A stretch of 64,000 nucleotides of DNA from Kiritimatiellia bacterium (GCA_039807095.1 JBDHQM010000005.1:39033-103032); one strand, 5' to 3'. Numbered from the stretch's first letter, positions 39,810 to 49,950 are shown. Notes: generated by a model from the sequence alone, not told the origin. Translations and numbers: made by a program.

Positions 39810-41395
39810 GCACGACCATCAACGGGTTGTCGCTTGCAGCCCTAAACGTCGCCGACGTTACGGTTATCACAATTAACCAAGATGTGGATTTCTGTAACAT
39901 TGAGATGAACGTTGACACATTCGCCGAAATCCCTTCTGCCCTTTTGCCAGGGACAACGTTTGATGTCGAAGTGGACTCTCGGCGCATTTTTCGCGGCGTC
40001 GTCCTCAATCCGGAGGTTAATCAATCAAGTATCACCGAGAACATCGTTTTGCGCGCGGAATCGGTGGACGGCCGCGCACTCCGCGAAACGATGCGGACAT
40101 CGAGTATTTCCGTTCAATCCGGGAACTCGACGACGACGATGGCCGTTGAGTTCATCCGGTTGCAAGGCACCCTCGCGTCAATCGTTTCGGGGGCCGCCAG
40201 CCAAGTAATGCCCGTCGGTTTAATAGATCTGCCCAACATCAGTTTTCCAGCGGAAGAGCAATACAACCTCTCGTGTTTGGATGTGATTCGTCGCGCGCTG
40301 TCTTATGCCCCCGGTGCCGTGATGTGGATTAACTATTCAGCGGATCCCCCAACCTTCAATGCAGCAAAATACGACTCCTCCGTCTTCACCTCCGTGACAC
40401 TTCAGGGCTGGTCCGCTTTGCGGCTGCGGAAGCTGTCAGACAGCAAAACGCGGCGGGTTCGTCTCCAGTATTTGCGCCAAGCAAGTCTCACAACGGCCTA
40501 CCAAGATTTGGCGAGTTGGGGATCGCGCACAACTACCGATACTATCGAAACCATTGGAACAGATTCTTCGCCCATCAATCCCGCCTTCTCCGAAGAATTT
40601 CGCCGCACATTTATCCTGCCCGGCCGCGCAGATATTTTTGATGAAAAAATATGGTGGTATGGCCGTTCATTCGCAGCCCTATTCCCGGATGGTGTAACGT
40701 GGAAAGAGATGGCAACTCATAATGATTCTACGTGGTGGGATATTCGGCATTTCTGCGCCAACACGATTCAGCGGTTAGTTGAAAAAACCGGCTGGATTCG
40801 CGCATCCACAGATTGGGATCAAATGCGCTGGTTATCAGCGCCATACGGCTCCGGTGTTAACTGGGGCACCATGTTCTGGAACTCGTATTATACAGGTACC
40901 TCCACCAACAAAACGTTTTACGATGGGTGCATGCCATCGCCAGAGCTTCGTTACCACCCAACAGACTACCCACAGGGCGTCATCATGTTCTCTGTGCCTG
41001 TGATGATTGAGCGGTGGTTTGGGGCGGACCACCCAAACAACTATTCAGCGGTTGGAACGGCCGTTTTTATCGTCCCTCACTCCGGATGGTCGCGCGGCCA
41101 GCGCCTGATCCGCACAATCGTCTCTAGCGGAGCCTCAATGCCGAGTGGCGTTGCGAGCTCGCTACAAGCCGACTTCAACCGGCCCCTTGCAGACGGATTC
41201 CTTGTTGTGGATCGCGCCGATCACGTACAGTCACTTCTGAGCCCAACCTGCGATACGATCCAGATAGACGGCGAGACGGTTCGCGGCATCCGGCGTCGTA
41301 CCTATACGGCATCCGCCGAGACCCTTCGCGTTGAATTTGGCCCACCGATCCACCTATCCCCCGATCAAATAGTCCGTTCAAAAATGTTTCGGTAG
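39806..41395 (+). CDS. Putative tail tip/hub protein
   Basis: RRIFRG, P.AVMWINYS..PPT, C-terminal EFGPP.HLSP; last phage gene. Confidence 0.55.
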   Translation: MSTTINGLSLAALNVADVTVITINQDVDFCNIEMNVDTFAEIPSALLPGTTFDVEVDSRRIFRGVVLNPEVNQSSITENIVLRAESVDGRALRETMRTSSISVQSGNSTTTMAVEFIRLQGTLASIVSGAASQVMPVGLIDLPNISFPAEEQYNLSCLDVIRRALSYAPGAVMWINYSADPPTFNAAKYDSSVFTSVTLQGWSALRLRKLSDSKTRRVRLQYLRQASLTTAYQDLASWGSRTTTDTIETIGTDSSPINPAFSEEFRRTFILPGRADIFDEKIWWYGRSFAALFPDGVTWKEMATHNDSTWWDIRHFCANTIQRLVEKTGWIRASTDWDQMRWLSAPYGSGVNWGTMFWNSYYTGTSTNKTFYDGCMPSPELRYHPTDYPQGVIMFSVPVMIERWFGADHPNNYSAVGTAVFIVPHSGWSRGQRLIRTIVSSGASMPSGVASSLQADFNRPLADGFLVVDRADHVQSLLSPTCDTIQIDGETVRGIRRRTYTASAETLRVEFGPPIHLSPDQIVRSKMFR

Positions 41396-41398
41396 TGC

Positions 41399-41522
41399 CA
41401 GCCCATTGCACGCCCCGTGCAACGCCTATGAAATCTCCATCCAGTTCACCCCAAAATCCTGGCGGGCCGCCCGTTTTTACTAAACTGACGATATTATTTC
41501 CTAAATTGCCCGCGACAATACA
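41399..41522 (-). repeat. Right terminal motifs and TG terminus
   Basis: Minus strand begins TGTATTG at 41522; 22 bp motif at 41474-41495. Confidence 0.8.
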
Positions 41523-41542
41523 GCTGCGCTGCGAGCGTAGGC

Positions 41543-41618
41543 TGGTGGAGGGTAAGGGAGTCGAACCCTCGACCTCCTGAATGCCATTCAGGCGCTCTAC
41601 CAACTGAGCTAACCCCCC
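41543..41618 (-). tRNA. tRNA-Ala(GGC)
   Basis: 76 nt GGGGGGTTAGCTCAG...TGGCA...GTTCGA...CTCCACCA; G3:U70 pair. Confidence 0.97.
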
Positions 41619-41968
41619 AAAAATGAGGAGCCGCGAACGTATCGGAGTCGGCGGGGTGTGTCAATCTTTGAGGAAGGTTTGTCGAGGAGATGGATGGAGG
41701 ACACGCGTTGTCGTGGCCGTTCGGTGCGCGGGGGCGCGCACCGCAGCACGCGGGGGCGCGTGCGTTCCCCAGAGGGAGAGGAATTGCAAAGAGGGGTGAA
41801 AAAATTTCACCTGTGCGGGTTGTGGGGGGGCGGAACGCGTTTTGCCGGGTGCAGAAAATTGGTGGGATGGCTGCGTTCGTTGCTGATTATTTTGGTGTGT
41901 GAGGGCATGATTGCGACGTCTTTGCATCCCGCAGTTGACGGGAGGGGCAGAGCGTGTTAAGGGGAATT

Positions 41969-42727
41969 ATGCGTTTGCGTTTCCGATTCTTTTTTTCTGT
42001 TTTGCTGGCGGGTGTGGCGCTCGTCGCGTTTAGCGGGTGCGGTATGAGCGCGTTGCGCGATAAACGCGAGGATCGCGACCCGATGCTTCGTCGCGCGCGC
42101 GAGCTGCGGAATGCGGGGAATATGGAGGGCGCGGCGGATGCGTATCAGCGCGCTCTGGACCGGCGTCCGCAGTTGGCTCGGGCGCATCTGGAGCTGGCGC
42201 TGGTGTACGATCGCGATCTCAACGACTATGTCCGCGCGGTCTATCATTATGAGCGCTATCTGGAGTTGCGTCCGAACGCGGAGAATCGCGATATGATTGA
42301 GGCCGTGCTTGCGCAAGCGCGGCTCTCGTATGCGACGACGCTGCCGGAGATGCCGAACGGGGCGGTTAAAGAAATTGATCGCTTGCGCCGTGAGAATGCG
42401 GCGCTGCGCGAGGCGGTGAACCGGTCAAGCGGTGTTGCTGTGCCGCCTCCTGCGCCTGCGCCGCCGATTTCTGCGTCGGCCGCTCCCGCTGCTGCGACGC
42501 CTGTGGCCGCATCTGCACCCGCGCCTGCGCCTGCATCGGCGGCGCCGTCGGCTGTGCCCGCTAGGGCGACGACCTATGTGGTGAAACCGGGTGACACGCT
42601 GGCGCGGATTGCAGGCAAGGTGTATGGCGATTCGAAAGCCTGGAAGCAGATTTATGAAGCGAATAGCGCTTTATTGCGGGGCGGTCCGCAAACCCTCAAG
42701 GTGGGGCAGGTGTTGACGATTCCATGA
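41969..42727 (+). CDS. TPR plus LysM lipoprotein
   Basis: FSGC lipobox; YVVKPGDTL..IA...IYEAN...LKVGQVLTIP. Confidence 0.9.
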   Translation: MRLRFRFFFSVLLAGVALVAFSGCGMSALRDKREDRDPMLRRARELRNAGNMEGAADAYQRALDRRPQLARAHLELALVYDRDLNDYVRAVYHYERYLELRPNAENRDMIEAVLAQARLSYATTLPEMPNGAVKEIDRLRRENAALREAVNRSSGVAVPPPAPAPPISASAAPAAATPVAASAPAPAPASAAPSAVPARATTYVVKPGDTLARIAGKVYGDSKAWKQIYEANSALLRGGPQTLKVGQVLTIP

Positions 42728-42770
42728 CAATTGAAGATTGATGCGAGGATGTCGCATCGGGAGCAAGACT

Positions 42771-43514
42771 ATGGCCGGGACAGATTTTTTTGACGACGAT
42801 CTCGTGCGCCAGCGCGACAGTGCGCAGCGCATCAAAATGGGGCCGGGCGATGAGCCGGCGGAGAGTGCGAGCTCGATGTTGGACAGCGAGCTGCCCGCGC
42901 GCGCGGTGTCGGATTTCAATCTGACACGCATGGCCCGTCACCGCAAGGAAGTGGACACGCAATCGGCGCTGGCGGCTCAGGAGTTGGAGCGGCTGCGCAA
43001 GCGACAGGAGCAGCTCGAAGCTGAAAAACGCGAGCTCGAAGATTTGCGCAAGCGACAGGATGACTATGAGCGCGGCAAGCGCGAAATGACGGATCATTTG
43101 AAGCGAAGCCTGGTGACGCTGGAGCGCAAAGAGGTGGATGCGCAGCGGATGGTGGAGTTGTTGAGTGCGACGCGGCTGCGTTTTCGCGAGCAGTTGGAAG
43201 TCATTGAGTCGCTGCAGGACGAGGGTTGGCGCGAGGGCGAGATCCGCGATGAGTTGGGCAAGAGCTTGAGTGTGCTGGAGCAGGCGCGGATGGAGTATAA
43301 CAAGGCGATGGCGAAGATTGATGCCGCCAAGCCGGAGGCGCCGCCGGTGGCTGCAGCGGGTCCGCGCGCGGTGGTGTTTGATGATCACGCGGCGAACGCG
43401 GATGAGGAGAAGAGCTTCTTTTATTGGGTCAAGATTGGCCTGGCGGTCAGCCTGCCGCTCTCGATTGTAATTCTGGTGGTTGCGCTCGCGTTCTTCATTG
43501 CGGGGATCTATTGA
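42771..43514 (+). CDS. Coiled-coil protein with C-terminal TM
   Basis: Sequence composition. Confidence 0.7.
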   Translation: MAGTDFFDDDLVRQRDSAQRIKMGPGDEPAESASSMLDSELPARAVSDFNLTRMARHRKEVDTQSALAAQELERLRKRQEQLEAEKRELEDLRKRQDDYERGKREMTDHLKRSLVTLERKEVDAQRMVELLSATRLRFREQLEVIESLQDEGWREGEIRDELGKSLSVLEQARMEYNKAMAKIDAAKPEAPPVAAAGPRAVVFDDHAANADEEKSFFYWVKIGLAVSLPLSIVILVVALAFFIAGIY

Positions 43515-43517
43515 TCC

Positions 43518-43943
43518 ATGACTGCATCCAGTCGAGAGGGACTGCTCGCTCGCCGCATTCGCGAGTTGGAGGAGGAGGAGCGCCGGTTGCGCCAGTCCAT
43601 GAAGGACGTGAACCGGCATCTGCGCAAATTGGAGCGCGGGGCGCCGGATTCGTACGACGGGCGCACTGCGGCCTGGCCGCCGGGGCCATCGCCCGTTGCG
43701 CCGGAAGTCGCGATTGAGGAGGGGGCCACGCGTCCGACGGGTGCGGTGCGGCCATCGGCGGAGCCTGCCGGCGCCCGTCCGGAGCCCCGGGCGGACAAGA
43801 AATTTGCCAGTTATTTTTCGAGCGGAAGTTTCGCCGAAACGCGGCCGTTGGGTCGCGAGCGAAAACAGCAGCGCAGCCGCGCGATTCTGATGGTCATTTT
43901 TGTTTTGCTGGTGGGGTTTCTTGTTTACCACTTGATCTTTTGA
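43518..43943 (+). CDS. Hypothetical protein with C-terminal TM
   Basis: Operon coupling. Confidence 0.65.
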   Translation: MTASSREGLLARRIRELEEEERRLRQSMKDVNRHLRKLERGAPDSYDGRTAAWPPGPSPVAPEVAIEEGATRPTGAVRPSAEPAGARPEPRADKKFASYFSSGSFAETRPLGRERKQQRSRAILMVIFVLLVGFLVYHLIF

Positions 43944-43947
43944 CGGC

Positions 43948-44457
43948 ATGAAAGAATTGAACGCGAGTCAGTTGGTGTTGCACACCACGTGGGGTCCGAT
44001 TGTGGTGGTGGCGAAAAATGGGCGCATCGCGACGTGCGATCTTCCCTATCACGACCATGCGCCGGGGCCGGACCCGAAGATTACGCGCGAAGAACTTCAT
44101 GCGGAGAATCGCGCGGATGCTGCGGTCTTGAAGGAGGCCTCCCGGTTTGTGCGCGCGGCGCTGGATGGACGCGCGGTGCAGGTTCCGCCGGTGGTGGAAG
44201 AGGGGGCTCCGTTTTTTCTGAAGTGCCGCCGCGCGATGCAGCGAATTCCGCCGGGCCAGAGTGTGACCTATCAGGAGTTGGCGAAGAATGCGGGGAGTCC
44301 TGCGGCGAGTCGCGCGGCGGGTCAGGCGTGCGCGCGCAATCCGGTGTGTTTGTTCGTGCCGTGCCACCGCGTGTTGGCAACGAGCGGTGGACTGGGTGGG
44401 TTTTCATCGGGCTTGGCGTGGAAAGAATATCTGCTGCGAGTTGAGGCGCGCCGATGA
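43948..44457 (+). CDS. ogt: Methylated-DNA-protein-cysteine methyltransferase
   Basis: IPPG...TY.ELA, RAAG.A...NP, PCHRV. Confidence 0.9.
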   Translation: MKELNASQLVLHTTWGPIVVVAKNGRIATCDLPYHDHAPGPDPKITREELHAENRADAAVLKEASRFVRAALDGRAVQVPPVVEEGAPFFLKCRRAMQRIPPGQSVTYQELAKNAGSPAASRAAGQACARNPVCLFVPCHRVLATSGGLGGFSSGLAWKEYLLRVEARR

Positions 44458-45533
44458 GGATTGCTGTCGCGTGCGGAGGCACTGGCGGCCATATTTTTCC
44501 GGGCTTGGCGACGGCCAATGAATTGGTTCGGCGCGGGCACGAAGTGACGCTATGGCTAGCGGGTAAGAATATCGAATCGGCCGCGGCTGCGGGGTGGACG
44601 GGTCCGGTGGTTACGCTGCAGTCATCGGGTTTTGATGCGCGGATTACGCTGCGTTCGCTGGGTACGATGTGGGGCCTGTTGAAGGCGGGTCGGGCGGGGC
44701 GCCGCAAAATGCGTGAAGCGCCGCCGGATGTTCTGCTGGGGATGGGAAGTTTTGCGTCGGTGGGGCCGATTCTCGCGGCGTTGCGTTTGAAGATTCCCGT
44801 GGTGCTGCACGAGGCGAACGTGGTGCCGGGTCGCGCAACGCGCTTGTTTTCGCGCTTTGCAAAGGCGGTTGGAATTTCTTTCGACGGCACATCGTTTTAT
44901 CTCAAGCGTGCGCGCCTAGTGCAGACGGGTTTGCCGCTCCGTTGTGAAATTGAAGAGGCGGCTGCGGCGCTGCCGCCGCGCACATTTCGCGCGGAGGGTT
45001 GTTCGGTGCTGGTGATGGGCGGGAGCGGAGGGGCGCAACGCCTCAATCAGGAGGTGCCGCCCGCCCTGGTTGCCGTTGCGCGGGAAATGCCGGGGCTTCG
45101 GATCATCCATTTGACGGGGCGTTCCGGTGAGGAGGCTGTGCGCGCGCTCTATACGCAGGCGGGGGTTGCGGCGGATGTTCGCGGGTTCACGCACGAGATG
45201 GCGGCGCTCTATGGGCAGGCGGATTTTGCGATCAGCCGGTCGGGTGCGGCGTCGTGCGCGGAGCTTTCTGCGTTTGGATTGCCCGCGCTGCTGGTTCCCT
45301 ATCCGTTTGCCATTGCCGATCATCAACAGGAAAATGCGCGCGCGATGGAGAAGACTGGCGCGGCGGATGTCGTGGCCGATGCGGATATATCGGCTGCATG
45401 GCTGACGGAATATCTACTGGCGCGCCTTCGCGATCCGGCGAAGCGCGAGCAGATGAGTCGCGCTGCGCGCGCTCGCGCGCAGCGCAGTGGTGCCGCGGCC
45501 CTGGCCGATTTGGTGGAGCGATCTGCAACGTGA
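44454..45533 (+). CDS. murG: Lipid II GlcNAc transferase
   Basis: GGTGGHIFP, HEAN, GGSGGA, SRSGA, HQQENA. Confidence 0.95.
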   Translation: MRIAVACGGTGGHIFPGLATANELVRRGHEVTLWLAGKNIESAAAAGWTGPVVTLQSSGFDARITLRSLGTMWGLLKAGRAGRRKMREAPPDVLLGMGSFASVGPILAALRLKIPVVLHEANVVPGRATRLFSRFAKAVGISFDGTSFYLKRARLVQTGLPLRCEIEEAAAALPPRTFRAEGCSVLVMGGSGGAQRLNQEVPPALVAVAREMPGLRIIHLTGRSGEEAVRALYTQAGVAADVRGFTHEMAALYGQADFAISRSGAASCAELSAFGLPALLVPYPFAIADHQQENARAMEKTGAADVVADADISAAWLTEYLLARLRDPAKREQMSRAARARAQRSGAAALADLVERSAT

Positions 45534-46954
45534 ATCCACCGGGCTGGACGGAATTGGAGTCCGCCTATCAGCGAGCGTGCCGGATTCTGGACTCGCCTCC
45601 CGGCGCTGTTCACTTGCTGGGGATCGGCGGGGTCGGTGTCGCAGCGCTGGCGGTTCAGTTACACGGCATCGGGTATCGCGTGAGCGGTTGCGATACGCAG
45701 ACAAACCGTATCACGGCGCACTTGCAATCGCTCGGTATTCCCGTGGCGACGGGGCATTCGCCGGAGCACATAACCGGGCGCGAGCAATTTGTGGTGCGGA
45801 GTCCTGCCGTGCGCGATCTGGAGCCTGAGTTGCAGGCCGCGCGCGATGCGGGAGTTCCGGTGTTTTCGCGCGGTGTGATGTTGCCCGCTATTTTGCGCGG
45901 CCGCGATTCAGTTGCGGTTGCGGGGAGCCACGGAAAGACGACGACGACTGCGATGCTGTCGCACATTCTGCGGGTATGTGCGCACCCGTCCGGCTTTGCC
46001 GTGGGTGGCGAGGTGGACGCGAAGGGGACGGTTGCGGAATTTAGCGCCGTCGGGCCGTTGATTGTGGAAGCAGACGAGAGCGATGGCACGCTGGCGCTGT
46101 ATGAGGCGGAGCGGGCGATCATCACCAATGTGGAGCTGGATCACGTAGATTATTTCCGAACAGAAACGGAATTGGACGCGTGTTTCGAGCGCTTTGTTTC
46201 GCGCACGCGGGGCAGCGTCTGGTTCTGTGCAGACGATCCTGGAGCCGCGCGTGTGGCGCGGCGCCATCCGCGCGCGCGTTCGTTTGGACTGGGCGCGGAC
46301 GCTGAATTGCGAGCGGATAGGATTGAAGAACAGGGGTTCGACATTTCTGCACACATTGCGCTCGGCGGGGTTGCATTGGGACGTCTGACACTCGGTGTGC
46401 CGGGTCGCACGAACCTTATTGATGCGCTGGGCGCGCTGGGCGTGGCAACAGAGTTGGGCATTTCGTTTGATGCGGCCGCCGGGGCTCTACGCTCGTTTCG
46501 GGGTGTGCGCCGGCGCTTCGAAAAGATGGCCGAACGGAGGGGGCGGTTGCTCATCTCCGACTATGCGCATCATCCCACAGAAATTCGCGCGTTGCTCCAT
46601 CAGGTGCGCACCGTGGGCGCGCGCCGCGTGTTGGCGGTGTATCAGCCGCATCGCTATTCGCGCACCGCTGCGCTGGCGGAGCAATTCCCGCCCGCGTTTG
46701 TGGGAGTGGACGAGCTGGTTCTCGCGCCGGTGTACGGGGCGTTTGAGGGGCCGGTGGCGGGTGGGACGAGTGCGGATTTGCTCCGGCACTTTCAGAATCC
46801 GCGTCAATCTGTTGCGCTTGCGCACTCCTTGCTTGAAGCGTGGGAGCTGATTCGCGACAAATGGCGTGACGGGGATGTGTTGCTGGTGATCGGCGCGGGC
46901 GATGTGGAGAAGGTTGCCGCGTGGGCCGCGGATTATCTTGCGACGCTGCCATAG
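45530..46954 (+). CDS. murC: UDP-MurNAc-L-Ala ligase
   Basis: GIGGVG, GSHGKTTT, EADESDG, DYAHHPTE, QPHRYSRT. Confidence 0.95.
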   Translation: MNPPGWTELESAYQRACRILDSPPGAVHLLGIGGVGVAALAVQLHGIGYRVSGCDTQTNRITAHLQSLGIPVATGHSPEHITGREQFVVRSPAVRDLEPELQAARDAGVPVFSRGVMLPAILRGRDSVAVAGSHGKTTTTAMLSHILRVCAHPSGFAVGGEVDAKGTVAEFSAVGPLIVEADESDGTLALYEAERAIITNVELDHVDYFRTETELDACFERFVSRTRGSVWFCADDPGAARVARRHPRARSFGLGADAELRADRIEEQGFDISAHIALGGVALGRLTLGVPGRTNLIDALGALGVATELGISFDAAAGALRSFRGVRRRFEKMAERRGRLLISDYAHHPTEIRALLHQVRTVGARRVLAVYQPHRYSRTAALAEQFPPAFVGVDELVLAPVYGAFEGPVAGGTSADLLRHFQNPRQSVALAHSLLEAWELIRDKWRDGDVLLVIGAGDVEKVAAWAADYLATLP

Positions 46955-46964
46955 CGAACAGGGC

Positions 46965-47855
46965 ATGAATACACGATTCAAAAATGTTGCGGTGCTGAAG
47001 GGCGGTCCATCTGCCGAGCGCGAGGTGTCGCTGGCGTCCGGCGCGGCGATTGCGAATGCGCTGCGCGAGTTGGGCTATGCGGTGGCGGAAGTGGATGTGA
47101 CGGGCACAGATGTGAATCTGCCTGCGAAGTGCGACGCGGTGTTCATTGCGCTGCACGGCACCTTTGGTGAGGACGGTGCGCTGCAGGCAATGCTGGAACA
47201 GCGCGGGATTCCGTTCACGGGGGCGGGCTCCGCCGCAAGCCGTGCGGCGTTTGATAAAGCGGAGAGCAAGCGCATCTTCGAGCGCAATGCGATTTCGACG
47301 GCGCGCTATGAGATCCTGAAGCCGGGTGCGCCGCGCACGCTGGAGCTTCCGGTGGTGGTCAAGCCGCTCTGCCAGGGGTCCAGCGTCGGATTGTCGCGCG
47401 TATTTGAAGAAGAGCAGTGGCAGCCCGCGCTGGATGCCGCATTTGCATTTGGTCCCGATGTGATGGTGGAGGCGTTCATCGCCGGCGCTGAATTGACGGT
47501 GGGAATTGTCGGCGAACTGGTGTTGCCGGTCATTGAAATTCGTGCGCCGGGCGGTTATTACGATTATCATGCCAAATACACGAAGGGTGTGACGGAGTAT
47601 CTGGTTCCCGCGCCGTTGGATCCGGAGCAGACGCGCGCGTGTCAGCAGCTCGCGTGGAATACCTTTGTGGCGCTCGGGTGTCGGGGGATGGGGCGCGTGG
47701 ACATCCGGATGACGCCGGAAGGGCGCGCGTATGTGTTGGAGTTGAACACGATTCCGGGCTTTACGGAGACGAGTCTGCTTCCGAAAGCGGCGCGTGCGGC
47801 GGGGCTTGAGTTCGCCGCGTTGTGTGAGAAGATTTTGAACCTTGCTGAGTGTTGA
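46965..47855 (+). CDS. ddl: D-Ala-D-Ala ligase
   Basis: GGPSAEREVSL, LHG.FGEDG, YDY.AKY, ELNTIPG. Confidence 0.95.
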   Translation: MNTRFKNVAVLKGGPSAEREVSLASGAAIANALRELGYAVAEVDVTGTDVNLPAKCDAVFIALHGTFGEDGALQAMLEQRGIPFTGAGSAASRAAFDKAESKRIFERNAISTARYEILKPGAPRTLELPVVVKPLCQGSSVGLSRVFEEEQWQPALDAAFAFGPDVMVEAFIAGAELTVGIVGELVLPVIEIRAPGGYYDYHAKYTKGVTEYLVPAPLDPEQTRACQQLAWNTFVALGCRGMGRVDIRMTPEGRAYVLELNTIPGFTETSLLPKAARAAGLEFAALCEKILNLAEC

Positions 47856-47863
47856 GACGACTG

Positions 47864-48739
47864 ATGGGACTTTTCAAAAAGAAGCCAAAGAAAACGAATT
47901 ATCGCCGCCGCGGAAATCGCTCTTCGATTCTCGAAGTGAGCGCGCGCGGGCGTGGCAAAGGCAGCGATCGCCTGCACAGGATCGGCGCGATTGTGCTCGT
48001 ATTGATTTTGCTGGGAGCCGTGGTGTGGGCGGGCGTGTTCGGCGTGTCGCTTGCGGGGACGCATCTCTTTGCCGAGAACGCGCGCTTCACGATTCAGCGC
48101 ATTGACGCAGCGTCCACGGGAATCCTGACGCCCACGCATCTGCGGCAATATGCCAAGGTCAGCGATGGAATGAATCTGTTTGCGATCAAGCTTCAGCAGG
48201 TGTGCCGGAATCTGGAAAGCACGCCGCGCGTGAAGAAGGCGGAAGTTCGCCGCGAGCTGCCCGATACACTGGTGATCCGCGTTCAGGAACGATTCGCCGT
48301 GGCGCGTATGATGGAGGGTGCGGGAGGGTTGCCGGTGGAGATTGATAGCGACGGCTACATCCTCGGTTTGAGTTCGAAGTCCGCCCTTCCGCTCATTGTG
48401 GGTTCGCCGGAGCGCGGCCTTGCGCCGGGCAGCGTCGTGCGCGAGGAGAAGACGCTGGACGCGCTGCGCGTGCTGGATATTGTCGGGCGCATGCGGCGTG
48501 GCGATCTGCTGCGCATTGCATCCATCAACGTGAGCCAACCTGCGTATTTGGAGCTGACACTCGCCTCGGGCGGACGCGTTCACTTGGGGCGCGATCAACT
48601 CAAATGGCGCATCGGGCGTCTTGTGGATTTGTTGGAAACACACCGTGCGATGAATCAGGAAATCGAGTTCGCGAATTTGACCGTGGACAAAAACTTTTCG
48701 ACGACGACTCGCGCGATTACGGAGGCGGGCGCGCGCTGA
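47864..48739 (+). CDS. ftsQ: Cell division protein FtsQ/DivIB
   Basis: TM plus POTRA (RRELPDTLVIRVQER); position. Confidence 0.85.
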   Translation: MGLFKKKPKKTNYRRRGNRSSILEVSARGRGKGSDRLHRIGAIVLVLILLGAVVWAGVFGVSLAGTHLFAENARFTIQRIDAASTGILTPTHLRQYAKVSDGMNLFAIKLQQVCRNLESTPRVKKAEVRRELPDTLVIRVQERFAVARMMEGAGGLPVEIDSDGYILGLSSKSALPLIVGSPERGLAPGSVVREEKTLDALRVLDIVGRMRRGDLLRIASINVSQPAYLELTLASGGRVHLGRDQLKWRIGRLVDLLETHRAMNQEIEFANLTVDKNFSTTTRAITEAGAR

Positions 48740-48741
48740 AT

Positions 48742-49950
48742 ATGGCACTACGTGATCAACCCCCGGTTGTGGCGCTGGAATTGGGAACCACCAAGGTCCG
48801 GGCCGTTGTCGGCATGGTGCGCGAGGACGATCATCTGGTTGTGCTTGGCGTGGGCGAATGCACCTCGCGTGGCGTGCGCAAGAGCGAGATTGTAGATTTT
48901 GATTCCGCGTTGAGTTGCGCCCGGATAGCGCTGGAGCAGGCGGAAGCCAACTCGGACGTTGGAATCAAACAGGTCTGCCTGCTGGTTTCCGGCGCAAATC
49001 TGAAGGTGCTCTCCAATCGCGGCAATATCCCGCTGACAGGTGGCGGTGAGATTACGCAGGACGACATTGAGCACGTGTTGGAGACGGCGCGCAGCGTAAA
49101 TCTGCAGGGCGACTACGAGATACTGCACTCCATTGCACAACATTTCACCGTGGACGAGCAGCGCGGCATCATCAATCCGGAAGGGTTGGAGGGCAGCAAG
49201 CTGGCGGTTGAAATGATGATTATGTATGCGCCGAGCATGTGGCTGCGGAATCTGATTCGCGTTGCTAAGAGTGCGTCGGTGGATGTGGAGTGCGTCGCGG
49301 CATCGGGTTTGTGTGCGGCGCTGGCCGTGCTTTCGGCTGATGATAAGCGGCAGGGCTCGCTGGTCATTGATCTCGGAGGAGGCAGCACGAACTATGTTGC
49401 GTACGCGCGGGAATCCATTGCCGCTGCGGGCTCCTTCGCCGTGGGCGGCGATCATCTGACGAACGACCTCGCGCGTGGACTGAATGTGCCTGTCCTGCGC
49501 GCGGGACGGCTCAAGGAAGAATTTGGAAGCGCCATGATTGATCTTAAGAACCGCACGCAGCACGTGGAGGTTGCGAGCGAGAGCGCGGGGCGCGGGCGCT
49601 ATGTGCGTCTCGGCGATCTGCAGACCATCACGCATTTGCGAATGGAAGAGACCCTGCGTCTGGTGCGCGACGAGATGGAGCGCTTGGGCTTGCTCCATCA
49701 TTTTGGACGCGGCGTTGTGCTCACCGGTGGCGGTGCATATTTGAAGAATCTTCCGGAGCTCGCGGAGCGTGTTTTCAATCTGCCGTGTCAATTAGGGCGT
49801 CCGAAAGATGTGAGCGGTTTTGCTCTCGCGACTGACGGGCCGCAGTATGCCAGTACGATTGGGCTGCTTCGCTACGCGTTGCGGCGCAGTGGCGGGAGTG
49901 GGCGTTCGAGACTGCCGGCATGGTTGCGCACCATTCTGGGGGGACGCTGA
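48742..49950 (+). CDS. ftsA: Cell division protein FtsA
   Basis: LELGTTKV, IDLGGG, GGDHLTNDL, VLTGGG. Confidence 0.92.
   Translation: MALRDQPPVVALELGTTKVRAVVGMVREDDHLVVLGVGECTSRGVRKSEIVDFDSALSCARIALEQAEANSDVGIKQVCLLVSGANLKVLSNRGNIPLTGGGEITQDDIEHVLETARSVNLQGDYEILHSIAQHFTVDEQRGIINPEGLEGSKLAVEMMIMYAPSMWLRNLIRVAKSASVDVECVAASGLCAALAVLSADDKRQGSLVIDLGGGSTNYVAYARESIAAAGSFAVGGDHLTNDLARGLNVPVLRAGRLKEEFGSAMIDLKNRTQHVEVASESAGRGRYVRLGDLQTITHLRMEETLRLVRDEMERLGLLHHFGRGVVLTGGGAYLKNLPELAERVFNLPCQLGRPKDVSGFALATDGPQYASTIGLLRYALRRSGGSGRSRLPAWLRTILGGR

Larger units (their letters stand above)
11584..41522. mobile_element. Mu-like transposable prophage, apparently complete, sipho-like (no sheath seen)
   Basis: MuA/MuB, terminase, Mu portal, I protease, gp36, gpF, gpG; inverted end motifs; split host hairpin with GCTGC on both sides. 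Confidence 0.9.

Noticed and set aside
32643-41395. Diversity-generating retroelement or invertible fibre segment
   Set aside because: No reverse transcriptase, TR/VR pair or invertase recognised.
41543-41560. Integrase-type attL/attR at the tRNA
   Set aside because: No tRNA 3' duplication at the far end, and no tyrosine or serine integrase seen.
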